This document shows positions 1-9,000 of a stretch of DNA of 33,758 bases, in pieces. Each line of letters begins with the position of its first letter. Within the stretch, counting starts at the first letter, position 1. A program made the position numbers and the translations under genes. This stretch comes from Bacteroidota bacterium (lineage in GTDB: Bacteria > Bacteroidota > Bacteroidia > NS11-12g > UBA955): the NCBI GenBank assembly GCA_037975865.1, contig JBANFU010000065.1, positions 1 through 33,758 of the forward strand, given 5' to 3'. The notes under the pieces were generated by a model. The model was given only the letters and a program-made list of their open reading frames with translations, did no database searches and was not told the origin of the DNA.

Positions 1-1046
1 CCCATCTCCGCCGCCATCGTAGCACACAAACGCGCCACCTCTCGGCTGTGCTTCAACAAGTTTTGTCCGTATGAACTTCTGAAACGCATCCGACCTACAT
101 AGCGAATCAACTCAGGATGCAAGCCCGTAATGCCCAAATCCACCACCGTGCGCTCGCCCCATTCTACCACTTCCTCTTCCACCTGCTTCTTCACCTTCTC
201 CACAACCTCTTCGATGCGGGCAGGGTGAATACGTCCGTCGCGGATCAAACGCTCCAACGATACACGGGCAATTTCACGACGAATAGGATCGTAACAACTC
301 AACACAATCGTTTCTGGGGTATCGTCGATCAGAATTTCTACACCCGTAGCCGCTTCAAACGCCTTGATGTTTCTACCCTCTCTACCAATGATTCTACCTT
401 TCACATCGTCGTTCTCCAACGGGAAGCTGGTTACTGTATTGTCAATGGCCGTTTCCGCAGCCGTACGCTGAATGGTCTGCAATACGATGCGTTTCGCCTC
501 GCGGGTGGCGCCCAATTTGGCTTCCTCTACGATGTTTTTCGCCAATGTCAATCCCTCCGTGTGCGATTGTACCTTGATGTTTTCCAACATTTGATTCTTG
601 GCCTCAGCAGCAGACAAGCCCGCCACTTTCTCCAATTGTACCAACTGCTGCTCCATCAACTGCTGAACCTCGCGCTCCTTCACTTTGTACGTCTCAATCT
701 GCGATTCCAAACGCTCTTTGGTCTTGGCCAACTCCTCCTCCTTGCTCTTGTTCGCACGGATTTTGTCGTCCAGAGACTGCTCCTTCTGCTTGATGCGGTT
801 TTCGCTGTTTACGATTTCGCTATTTCTACGGTTCGATTCTTTTTCGTACTCTGAGCGAAGTTGCATGTACTTCTCCTTCGCTTCCAAAATACGGTCCTTT
901 TTCAGGTTCTCGCCCTGTAATTTGGCTTCTTCAATGATGCTTTGCTTTTCTTTTTCCAGCTGTGATTTGCGCATCGCTACAAACACAACATATCCAAGGG
1001 CCAACCCTACAATGAGTCCGGCGAGGATAAATACGATGTTTTCCAT
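1..1046 (-). CDS. rny: Ribonuclease Y, partial (C-terminal end lies beyond base 1)
   Basis: Missing from the ORF track because it is open at the window edge. Reverse-strand ATG at 1046..1044. Translation gives MENIVFILAGLIVGLALGYVVF (N-terminal TM helix), a long K/E-rich coiled coil, the KH motif GRIIGREGRNIKAFE, and the start of the HD domain (RFRSSYGQNLLKHSREVA). Confidence 0.9.
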   Translation of the reverse strand, partial: MENIVFILAGLIVGLALGYVVFVAMRKSQLEKEKQSIIEEAKLQGENLKKDRILEAKEKYMQLRSEYEKESNRRNSEIVNSENRIKQKEQSLDDKIRANKSKEEELAKTKERLESQIETYKVKEREVQQLMEQQLVQLEKVAGLSAAEAKNQMLENIKVQSHTEGLTLAKNIVEEAKLGATREAKRIVLQTIQRTAAETAIDNTVTSFPLENDDVKGRIIGREGRNIKAFEAATGVEILIDDTPETIVLSCYDPIRREIARVSLERLIRDGRIHPARIEEVVEKVKKQVEEEVVEWGERTVVDLGITGLHPELIRYVGRMRFRSSYGQNLLKHSREVARLCATMAAEM

Positions 1047-1111
1047 TTTGTGCTATTCCTTTAGTTGTTGCGGAGATAGACACAGAGATTTAATCCAATC
1101 AAACGATATGT

Positions 1112-1396
1112 TTAAGCAAACAGCAGTCTCTCCATGGCCGATATTTCCTGCTCCAGAAGATCGTCCATATTCCGATGACTCTTGCCGTGACGAACCACCT
1201 CACCCGCCAAATCCAATGCCGCCCATGATAAACGGTCTATGGGTTCTTGCGCCTGAAAACTCTTGAAAGCATTGATGCGCTGGTTGAGAACTTGGGCCGA
1301 CAACCGAACGTCCTCCTCATCCTTGACCGCTACACGCAAACGCATCGCCCGATTGTCGATGTTCACGTTGATCAGAATGCTGTCGTTGGGTTGCAC
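1112..1396 (-). CDS. zapA: Cell division protein ZapA
   Basis: 94 aa with a GTG start. ILINVNIDNRAMRLRV...EEDVRLSAQVLNQRI...DRLSWAALDLAGEV fits the ZapA family pattern. It sits directly upstream of rny, as in other Bacteroidota. Confidence 0.75.
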   Translation of the reverse strand: MQPNDSILINVNIDNRAMRLRVAVKDEEDVRLSAQVLNQRINAFKSFQAQEPIDRLSWAALDLAGEVVRHGKSHRNMDDLLEQEISAMERLLFA

Positions 1397-1404
1397 TTAA
1401 AATA

Positions 1405-1698
1405 TTATTCGTTTAGTAAATCTATGCATCTATCAATATCTCTGACTAACTCGTTGATCTTGATTTTTAAATCGTGAACGTCCGAGCCAGACATCGACAT
1501 TTCCTTTGCAAGTTTAATCAATTTATTCTCTTCTTTTAGTTCCGCAAGGGCATTTTTTTGCAGTGCGATGGTTTTCTTGAGCCCGTCTAACTCCTCCAAA
1601 AGCACCATATTCTCCCTTTTCAGCGACACATTCTCCTCCACCACTTCCTCCACCTTCGTGCGGATCCGCGACAATCGCTGTTGGAAATCTGTGGCCAT
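1405..1698 (-). CDS. Small all-coiled-coil protein of unknown function
   Basis: Trimmed from the track's TTG start at 1713 to the ATG at 1698 (MATDFQQRL...). The L/E/K heptad-rich sequence runs the whole length. Its stop is 8 nt before the zapA start, and a TATCTTTG box lies 4 nt upstream of the ATG. Confidence 0.7.
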   Translation of the reverse strand: MATDFQQRLSRIRTKVEEVVEENVSLKRENMVLLEELDGLKKTIALQKNALAELKEENKLIKLAKEMSMSGSDVHDLKIKINELVRDIDRCIDLLNE

Positions 1699-1702
1699 AT
1701 CA

Positions 1703-1710
1703 CAAAGATA
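1703..1710 (-). promoter_or_regulatory. Bacteroidota -7 promoter box TATCTTTG (TAnnTTTG), 4 nt upstream of the ATG at 1698
   Basis: Plus strand reads caaagata at 1703..1710. The 4-nt gap to the start codon implies a leaderless or near-leaderless transcript. Confidence 0.5.
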
Positions 1711-1796
1711 CAAGAAATTTTTACGCCTTTCCCCTCGCCCAATGCAACAACATCCTGTCCCTGGCTACCAAACCAAAAACACGAGGCTCCAAGCCA

Positions 1797-3710
1797 CTAA
1801 ATCGACGCCATCGCCGTTTCTATCGTTACGTTCAGCGCTCCGTCGATCAAATAATTCACTTTCTCCCGACTTCGAAACGACAACAACCCCAAAATGACCC
1901 ACAAAAACACCAACACACCCGCATCACCCAACTGCTGATACACCGTTTTTTTGTTGTTCGGTACGATGCGCTGAACCATCGCCAACTGCGTGCCCGCACC
2001 CACCACAAAACCGACTTCTTTGTTTTCCTGATTGGCCGCATTCACAATATCCGACAAAGGCACATCGCACCGACCCACCCTACCCTGGTACCACACCGAC
2101 TCCATCACCGACTCCCCCTTGGGGTTGATAAAGCCTGAAATGCCCGTATTGGCAGCCCTTCCCACCCACTTGCGCTGCTCGATGGCCCGCAACTTGGCAT
2201 AAGAAAAATGCTGTTTGTGTCCCGCCGTATTCCGCCACCAAGCATCGTTGGTAACCACCGCCAACCATTGCGCTCCATCGCCCACATAATCACTCACATA
2301 ATCGCCATAAATGCTCTCATAACAAATCACCGGCGCCGCCTTTACCCCCCCACCCAAAGCCATCGCGCGGTCGCTCTTTCCCAAGGTGCCTGAGGCGGAA
2401 TTTTCGTCCAACGAAATCGCCAACGACTCCAAAAATGGCAACGTGCTCACAAAGGGCAACTGCTCCGTGCCCGGTACCAACTTCGACTTGTGATAGTACG
2501 ATAACGTATCGCCCAACCACAACGCTGAATTGTGCAAAGTATACCAATATTCGGGGTCGTTACTCTGTCTGGCCGCCGCCACCACCCGCTCCGATTTGTC
2601 GGGCATCACCACCTTGGGTTTGCCCTTGCCCGACCACGGATACCACTTCACCATGTTCACCCCCATCAAATAGTCGGTCTTCACCGAATCATGCAACCTC
2701 ATGCCCTGCAAATAGGATACCTGCTGATCAGACGACATATAATCCACGTTGATGCTGCTCACCAACGACGTTTCAGGCCACAAAACGCAATTCAAGGCTT
2801 GTTTTCTCAACGATAATGCCCGCTTCGCCGAATCGGTCGTAGCTTGCATCTCCCGCACCATTTGCATCGGATCCAACACAAACTTCTCTTCGTACGTGTC
2901 GTAATTCGGTTGTATCGCCGCCACCCAATAGCCCTTGCTGTCAGAATCTTCGTAGGTGGTTAAAAATCCCACCAAAAAGGACACAAAACCCATAAAAACC
3001 ACGCAAAGCGCCGCCGTCAATAATGGCTTCACCCTGCTTCGTTTCCAAAAAGGGACCCCCGATCCTACACCCGCTTTGGAGCCGGGCACTTCCACAACAC
3101 CGTCATCCAAACGATCAACGCCTGTTCGCCAAACCAACACCGCCCGATAAACCCACACATTCACCAACAATATCAACGCCGAACCTCCCAATGTGCCCGT
3201 GAATTCGTACCACTGCACATACCAAGTCATCCCGCTAAACGCGTTGCCCAAACACAACCACGGCCACGACAAATCCCAGCGATGGTGCGCAAATTCATAC
3301 AACAACCAAATCGCCACAAAAACATAGTCCCAACGCCAACGAAACTGCCATTTTCTAGGCAACAATCGCTGACACATCCGCCATAAACCAAACGGCAAAT
3401 ACATGAAAAAAGAATTCATGAGCAACATCGCCACCGCGCCTACCTCAGACGCAAACCATACCCACCAAGTGGTGGTGATGTTCCAAAGCAGGAGCGATAA
3501 AAACACCAAGCCAAAATGGCGCCATCCACCCATCTTGCGGCCGCGATGGGCCAACAACAACAACGGGGCGAACGCCACAAAAACCAAGGGCGTGAACGGC
3601 ATCGGCTCCCAGGCCAACCCAAACAAAATCGAAGGCAGTATCACCAACCACCCCGTAGAAATTATCCGCTTATTTGAAAATTCTCCTTGCATTGATTGTT
3701 CTGTTGCCAT
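1797..3710 (-). CDS. lnt: Apolipoprotein N-acyltransferase
   Basis: 637 aa. Polytopic N-terminal membrane region followed by a CN-hydrolase domain with the triad contexts WPETS (Glu), HKSKLVP (Lys) and VICYES (Cys). VVTNDAWW motif and a C-terminal TM helix are present. Confidence 0.9.
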   Translation of the reverse strand: MATEQSMQGEFSNKRIISTGWLVILPSILFGLAWEPMPFTPLVFVAFAPLLLLAHRGRKMGGWRHFGLVFLSLLLWNITTTWWVWFASEVGAVAMLLMNSFFMYLPFGLWRMCQRLLPRKWQFRWRWDYVFVAIWLLYEFAHHRWDLSWPWLCLGNAFSGMTWYVQWYEFTGTLGGSALILLVNVWVYRAVLVWRTGVDRLDDGVVEVPGSKAGVGSGVPFWKRSRVKPLLTAALCVVFMGFVSFLVGFLTTYEDSDSKGYWVAAIQPNYDTYEEKFVLDPMQMVREMQATTDSAKRALSLRKQALNCVLWPETSLVSSINVDYMSSDQQVSYLQGMRLHDSVKTDYLMGVNMVKWYPWSGKGKPKVVMPDKSERVVAAARQSNDPEYWYTLHNSALWLGDTLSYYHKSKLVPGTEQLPFVSTLPFLESLAISLDENSASGTLGKSDRAMALGGGVKAAPVICYESIYGDYVSDYVGDGAQWLAVVTNDAWWRNTAGHKQHFSYAKLRAIEQRKWVGRAANTGISGFINPKGESVMESVWYQGRVGRCDVPLSDIVNAANQENKEVGFVVGAGTQLAMVQRIVPNNKKTVYQQLGDAGVLVFLWVILGLLSFRSREKVNYLIDGALNVTIETAMASI

Positions 3711-3807
3711 AGTCCCTACGGATGCCGGTTATTATCGAGTCTTTCTGGTAAAAATCGCTACATCCATGGTCCTATTCCCGTATCCAATTTCTGTAAACCG
3801 TTTCATA

Positions 3808-4518
3808 TTAATCTTCCTCCGCTTCGAGCTCGCACGCTTTGACATTACACCCCTCCAAAACCACCACAAATTCCCCTTTGGGTGCGTGTTTTTGAAAATG
3901 AGCCAACACCTCCGAAATGCTGCCGTTCACCGTTTCCTCAAACTTCTTCGACAGCTCCCTCGACACGCTGATGCGGCGCTGGGGTGCACACACCTCCTTC
4001 AATTGCTCCAACGTCTTCAAAATTTTATGGGGACTCTCATAAAATGCCGTGGTATCGGGATTCTCCGCCAAAGCCAAAATCCGGGTTTGTCGTCCTTTTT
4101 TCTGCGGCAAAAATCCCTCAAATCGAAACTGATGCAACGCAAAACCACTCTTCACCAAAGCCGGAACAAACGCCGTAGCGCCTGGTAAAACCTCAAAAGG
4201 AATGCCCGCTTCAACACAAGCCCGCGCCAGCAAAAATCCCGGATCCGAGATGCCTGGAGTGCCCGCATCACTCACCTGCGCGATGTGCGCACCACCCGCC
4301 AATTCTTGAATGATGGACGATAACTTGCCATGTTCGTTGTGCTGATGAAAACTCTCTAGTCGCGTCTGAATCTGATAGTGGTTCAACAAAACCCGCGTTG
4401 TGCGCGTGTCTTCCGCCAAAATTTTCGTCACCGTATTCAACACCTCCACCGCGCGATAAGTCATATCGCCCAAATTCCCGATGGGCGTCGGCACCAAATA
4501 CAATTTTCCCACTGTCAT
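3808..4518 (-). CDS. rsmI: 16S rRNA (cytidine1402-2'-O)-methyltransferase
   Basis: 236 aa. LYLVPTPIGNLGDMT...AEDTR...SDAGTPGISDPG is characteristic of the RsmI tetrapyrrole-methylase fold. Confidence 0.92.
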   Translation of the reverse strand: MTVGKLYLVPTPIGNLGDMTYRAVEVLNTVTKILAEDTRTTRVLLNHYQIQTRLESFHQHNEHGKLSSIIQELAGGAHIAQVSDAGTPGISDPGFLLARACVEAGIPFEVLPGATAFVPALVKSGFALHQFRFEGFLPQKKGRQTRILALAENPDTTAFYESPHKILKTLEQLKEVCAPQRRISVSRELSKKFEETVNGSISEVLAHFQKHAPKGEFVVVLEGCNVKACELEAEED

Positions 4519-4522
4519 AAAG

Positions 4523-4530
4523 CAAAGATA
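4523..4530 (-). promoter_or_regulatory. -7 promoter box TATCTTTG, 4 nt upstream of the rsmI ATG
   Basis: Plus strand reads caaagata at 4523..4530. The ATG complement is at 4516..4518. Confidence 0.5.
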
Positions 4531-4692
4531 GGTCTACGAAATCAATCGCAAACCCATCTCGCTGTTGTTAAACCAATCGTAACCTTAAAGCCATCGTCCC
4601 GCCCGATTTATCGATCTGTCAGACCAAGCTATTCTCGACCCCGCTCTTCGATGGGCGGATCCCTCAATACGATGCTTTATCTCGGCCGAATG

Positions 4693-5682
4693 TCAATCTC
4701 GGCGGTCTGTCAATCCCAGCAATCGCTTCTTCGCAGCATACTCCTGACGGAAGAGTTTGTTGCGCGGACCCGCCCCCGTCACACTCAACAGCGTGCCACT
4801 GTTCTTGCAAGTCTCCAACCAACTGTCTGTGGTATTCACCCAATGCTCGCAATCGCTAATCAACACACCATTGCGCTGAGAATTCACAAAAGCGATTTTG
4901 TCGCGAACCGTCTTCACCAAAAAGGTATTGTCCGGACTCACCAATGGTGAAAAATACAGGCGATAATCGCCGCCCTCCACATGAGGCAAATACGGATGCA
5001 GTTTTTTGCCGCGCTCTGCCTGCGCCAAAATGTGATCCACCAAAAAATCGTATTCGTCCAACACAGCATGATACTCGTGCTCATTGGCAAACAGTCCACA
5101 CTCCTTGTAATGATGGATTTGGTACAACGTAGAAAACAAAGTTTCGTGACACCAAATTTCCTCGCTCGCAATCTGTAAATAATTGTCGCTCAACCGCTCA
5201 AACCCCCGCTCATCAGGCATCATCGCCGCACTGAACGGCACCGATCGCAACCGATAATCATTCAAAAAATCGCGCTGCCACACAAAGGCCTTGAAAGCTG
5301 CAAACGCCGGAAACCAAAACCGATAAAACATGGGTATTTCCTGGGCTCCGTAAAGTATCAAACTGTTGGGACGCTCAATCGCTTTCTCCAAGTATACATT
5401 GATATCGCGATAATAATCGTGGGTAGAATAATCCTTGCCTATCAATCGGAATTCTCCCTGAAACCAATTCTTCCCCAAGTGAATCATCGTGTTCAAATCA
5501 ATCTCAAATTCCTTTGCCAATTTCATTAATTCGTCGGCCCGAAATGATTCTGGGTTCCGAATTCGTCGATACGCTGCGTCCTGTGAAATACACAATACAT
5601 CGGCCACAATTGTGGCCGTCTTCATTCCTTTTTGTTTCGTCTTCTGATGTAATAACTGAGTAAATGTCTGAATCATACGCAT
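4693..5682 (-). CDS. HTH-domain putative transcriptional regulator (BetR-like N-terminus) with a roughly 260-aa uncharacterised C-terminal domain
   Basis: 329 aa. The N-terminal KGMKTATIVADVLCISQDAAYRRIRNPESFRADELMKLAKEFEIDLN resembles the BetR-type HTH seen in Bacteroidota. I do not recognise the rest. It is divergent from the large T9SS cargo gene. Confidence 0.65.
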   Translation of the reverse strand: MRMIQTFTQLLHQKTKQKGMKTATIVADVLCISQDAAYRRIRNPESFRADELMKLAKEFEIDLNTMIHLGKNWFQGEFRLIGKDYSTHDYYRDINVYLEKAIERPNSLILYGAQEIPMFYRFWFPAFAAFKAFVWQRDFLNDYRLRSVPFSAAMMPDERGFERLSDNYLQIASEEIWCHETLFSTLYQIHHYKECGLFANEHEYHAVLDEYDFLVDHILAQAERGKKLHPYLPHVEGGDYRLYFSPLVSPDNTFLVKTVRDKIAFVNSQRNGVLISDCEHWVNTTDSWLETCKNSGTLLSVTGAGPRNKLFRQEYAAKKRLLGLTDRRD

Positions 5683-6038
5683 AGCTCTATTTATTAATGT
5701 TTTGCACTAACACAATTTTTTATTGTTTATCACCCAAAAGTTTTGCGAAAAACGCAAATAATAATTTTTCCTCAGAGGCAGTTTGGCGATAAACGACGAG
5801 CATTGGCGCGGGACGACAACAAACTTTGTATCGAATTTTAATCGATATGAATTATGGAAAAGCAATTGTACGAATCAAACAAATGGAATGAAATCAATTT
5901 TTACGCTTCTTGTAACTACAACGAATTTGTACCCCGTAAAAGAAATCCCCATTGCCACGAACATCAACCCTGGAACCTGCCGTTGCGCAATCCACTCTTC
6001 GGATACAGTTTCCCATCAAACCAATGGAGGGCCTTCGC

Positions 6039-9000
6039 ATGAAAAAGGCTTTACTCTTCACCGTTGTGCTCACGGGGTTTGTGCACCAAGCCTTCTGCCA
6101 AGATTACCTGAGCCAATACCAACAGTTCTTCAAAGGGTTGAACCTCGGCAGCGCCCAAGCGCCCAAAATCATCGAGCTCGCCGCCCCCCAAATAGATCCC
6201 GCGGTATTCAATGGCTCCAATGCCAACATACCCGCAAAACTCGATCAAGCCGAAGAACTGTTGAGGTCGCTGCGCTACACCCAGCGCGCCAACACCGCCA
6301 ACATCCCCCACTGGGATAGCCTGCTGCTGTGGACAGAACAATACCTCAACCGAGGAATTTTGCCCCTGTTGTTGGTGGATTTTCGATACGAGCTGCTGAG
6401 CGATTCCTTCTGGATCCGGGAGCAGTACAGCTACCAATCCGATAGCAATTTCCTGCTCAAAAAAGGACCTTGGCAAACCAGCGATTTCCGCAAGGCGGAT
6501 GCCTTCTGCTTCATTCCCATGAAAGAATACATCAGCCCGCAGATTCATTCAGTGGTTTTCGATACCCGATTTTATGTGAGTCACCTACAAACAACCAGTC
6601 TGCCCGCCTTGGGTGGCGATATCCATGGTAACGGGTTTCGCATTTTGCCAAACCAACCCACGGCACTGCCTCCCACCAATGAGGGAATCAACAACCTCCT
6701 GTTGTTTTTGGAGGCCGACAGTCAAAATGAGCGATTCAGTATCAACAAAGGGGTTAAAAGCGATGCGCTATCCGCCTTTAAGCGACTAGTTACCCGCTAT
6801 CATCTGGTGAAAAATCCCCTCATCCCCGATTGGCAAACCATCACGCAGGGACTGAGTATCGATGAATTCAATGTGAGTACTTATGTCACAGCGGAAAATG
6901 GAAAAACCGTAAAAACCGGTGCGAAAGTGAGCATTCATTATAGCCACAAAACCAAAGGCGTTCCGGGGTGCCTCAACAAACCCATCGTCTTCGTGGAAGG
7001 CATCGATTTTGGATACCGCGGCTGGCCCACGGGATGCCGAGACGGCAAATGCGGCAATACCGGGTACATCGACCTACTCAAAGGAAAACAATGGGATGTT
7101 GAATCTCAATCCTGGACCGATTGGCACTCCATAGAACACGGTCCCGCCGTACTCAAAGAATACCGCGATTCTGGGTATGATATCGTCTACATCGACTTCT
7201 TCGATGGGGCAGACTTTATCGAAAACAACGCCGTAGTGGCCCAAGAAGCCATCAAACAAATCGAGCAACGACTCTGTGGCGAATACATTCATGTACTGGG
7301 TGCGAGCATGGGAGCCCTGGTGGCCAAACGCGCATTAACCCAACTAGAAAACGATACCATCGCCCACTGCATACAGAGTTATACCTCGTTCGATGGACCC
7401 CACCTGGGCGCCAATATTCCGCTGGGACTTCAAGCAACCCTAGAATACTATTCGGGGGTGTCGGGGAAAATCAGCGACCTGAAAAACCGAATGCTCAATC
7501 GACCCGCTTCAAAACAAATGCTGCTGGTACATTACCAAAACACAGACCGCCCCCATCCGTACCGCGATCGGTACATGGCCGACTCTACACTACAAGCCTT
7601 TCCAACAATGCCCTGGAGATTCGCAATTGTCAACGGAAGCAGTGATATCGATAATCAACAACAGGACAGTTTTGGCACGCTAGCACCCGGAGACCCCTTG
7701 TTGCATTTCAACATCGGTCAGCCTTTGTTCAACAACATCAAGGCATTGGCCAAATTGGTAGGCGGAAAAACCCTGTCTGCTGTTGCCTCGGTGCTGCCAA
7801 CATCCGATGCGTGGATAGTCACCTACTCCCGAGCCATCATGGTTGGAAAAGACATCGTTCCCGTCGTTGCCACCTTCAAAACAACCTACAAAAAAGAAGG
7901 TCCCTACCGAGTAACTGAAAGGGATGAAAAATTGGATCACATCGCCGGAGGCAAATCGAGCGTAACAGCCAGCCTGCACAACGCCTTGAAACAACAATCT
8001 TGGTTGATTTCTTCAGAACTTTACAACACAAATACTTGCTTCATTCCTGTTTGGAGCGCCATCGCAAGCGATTCTGTAAGATACAAACTCTGGCCACTAC
8101 CCGTGTTGAGCAAAACACTGGGCAATCAGTTTCTGCGATTGAGAAACACCCCGTTCCACAACTACTATGCTCCAAATTGGAATCAGGATCATGTCTATTT
8201 CGACAATGAAAAAGACGGAAATGCCCACTGGTTGCTGCTGCAAATACAAGCCACAGAAAAACAAGCCCTAGATTCTTGGCAAGGCGAATTGTACGTTGGC
8301 CGGCCCTACGACCGGTTCATAAAACAATTAACGGTGAAAACCAACCAAACCTTGAGCATCAACGGAACGATCCTCGGTCCAAGGATGACCCCGATAGAGA
8401 AAGAAACCGTAAGCCAGCTGAAAAAGAGAATCTTCTACCTAGGACATTGCCAGTCCTCCAACATTCAGTTGAACCCCAAATCGAAAATGATTGTCTCTGC
8501 CGGACATACGGGCAAACAACCCACCCAGTTGATCTGTAAGAATCGGGCAAGCATCACCGTGGAAACCGGCAGCACCCTGTGGCTTCAAAATGAACTTTGT
8601 GAAGTCATCGTGGGCAAAGGCGCTCAATTAATCTTACAAGACGGTGCCAGCCTCATCATCGACAATGGTGCCCGACTCATCCTGGAAGAAAACAGCCTGC
8701 TGCATATTGGCAAAAATGTCACCATCCAATTGAATGGGGAACAAGCGCTGTTGCACATGAAAGGCCGGGTTATTTTGGCCCAAAACGCCAATTTTCATAT
8801 TAGCAGCAAACCTGGATCCGCCCTGGGATTGATCAAATGGAGCAATGTGCAAGGGGGATTCGGACGCTTTAACCTGGTTGCCCACGGCAACAACAATTTC
8901 CGCCTCGAAGGCAACGATGCCAATGCCAGTCCCGTGCTACAAATCGAAGGCGACGTGAATCACAGTGGGCGGTTCGACAGTCTATTCTTGAACAGAGCCC

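Noticed and set aside
117-854. A 245-aa plus-strand ORF at the left end of the window.
   Set aside because: It is entirely antisense to a clear RNase Y coding sequence (KH and HD motifs on the minus strand). Its translation is low-complexity and L/R/F/Q-rich with no recognisable motif. It is a shadow ORF.
1797-3710. Lnt is unusually long: 637 aa against about 512 aa in E. coli.
   Set aside because: The Glu/Lys/Cys catalytic contexts and the membrane topology are intact. The extra length is spread over loops and the C-terminal tail, and I see no sign of a fused extra domain or a frameshift.
3403-4188. Long antisense ORFs: 3403..4188 (+), 4378..4950 (+), 10986..11660 (-), 19938..20558 (+), 22107..22676 (+) and 30095..30829 (+).
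   Set aside because: Each lies opposite one or two strongly supported genes (lnt/rsmI, rsmI/HTH regulator, MBL, susD, susC, comB/pth). All have skewed P/T/H/R/S-rich composition, and none has a promoter box or recognisable domain.
4519-4692. Possible island boundaries (direct repeats) flanking the HTH-regulator/T9SS-cargo pair, comparing 4519..4692 with 10200..10274.
   Set aside because: Only a weak shared atcaa...aaaccc string is present, with no convincing direct repeat, tRNA target or integrase. An 8-bp direct repeat tgtcaatc (twice, around 4691..4716) lies at the 3' end of the regulator gene and is too short to interpret.
5783-6319. ORFs 5783..6319 and 5854..6042 in the long intergenic region upstream of the T9SS cargo gene, plus the track's TTG start at 5952.
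   Set aside because: The ATG at 6039 begins a textbook signal peptide. The upstream extensions and alternative frames give no motif, and 5783..6319 overlaps the real gene out of frame.
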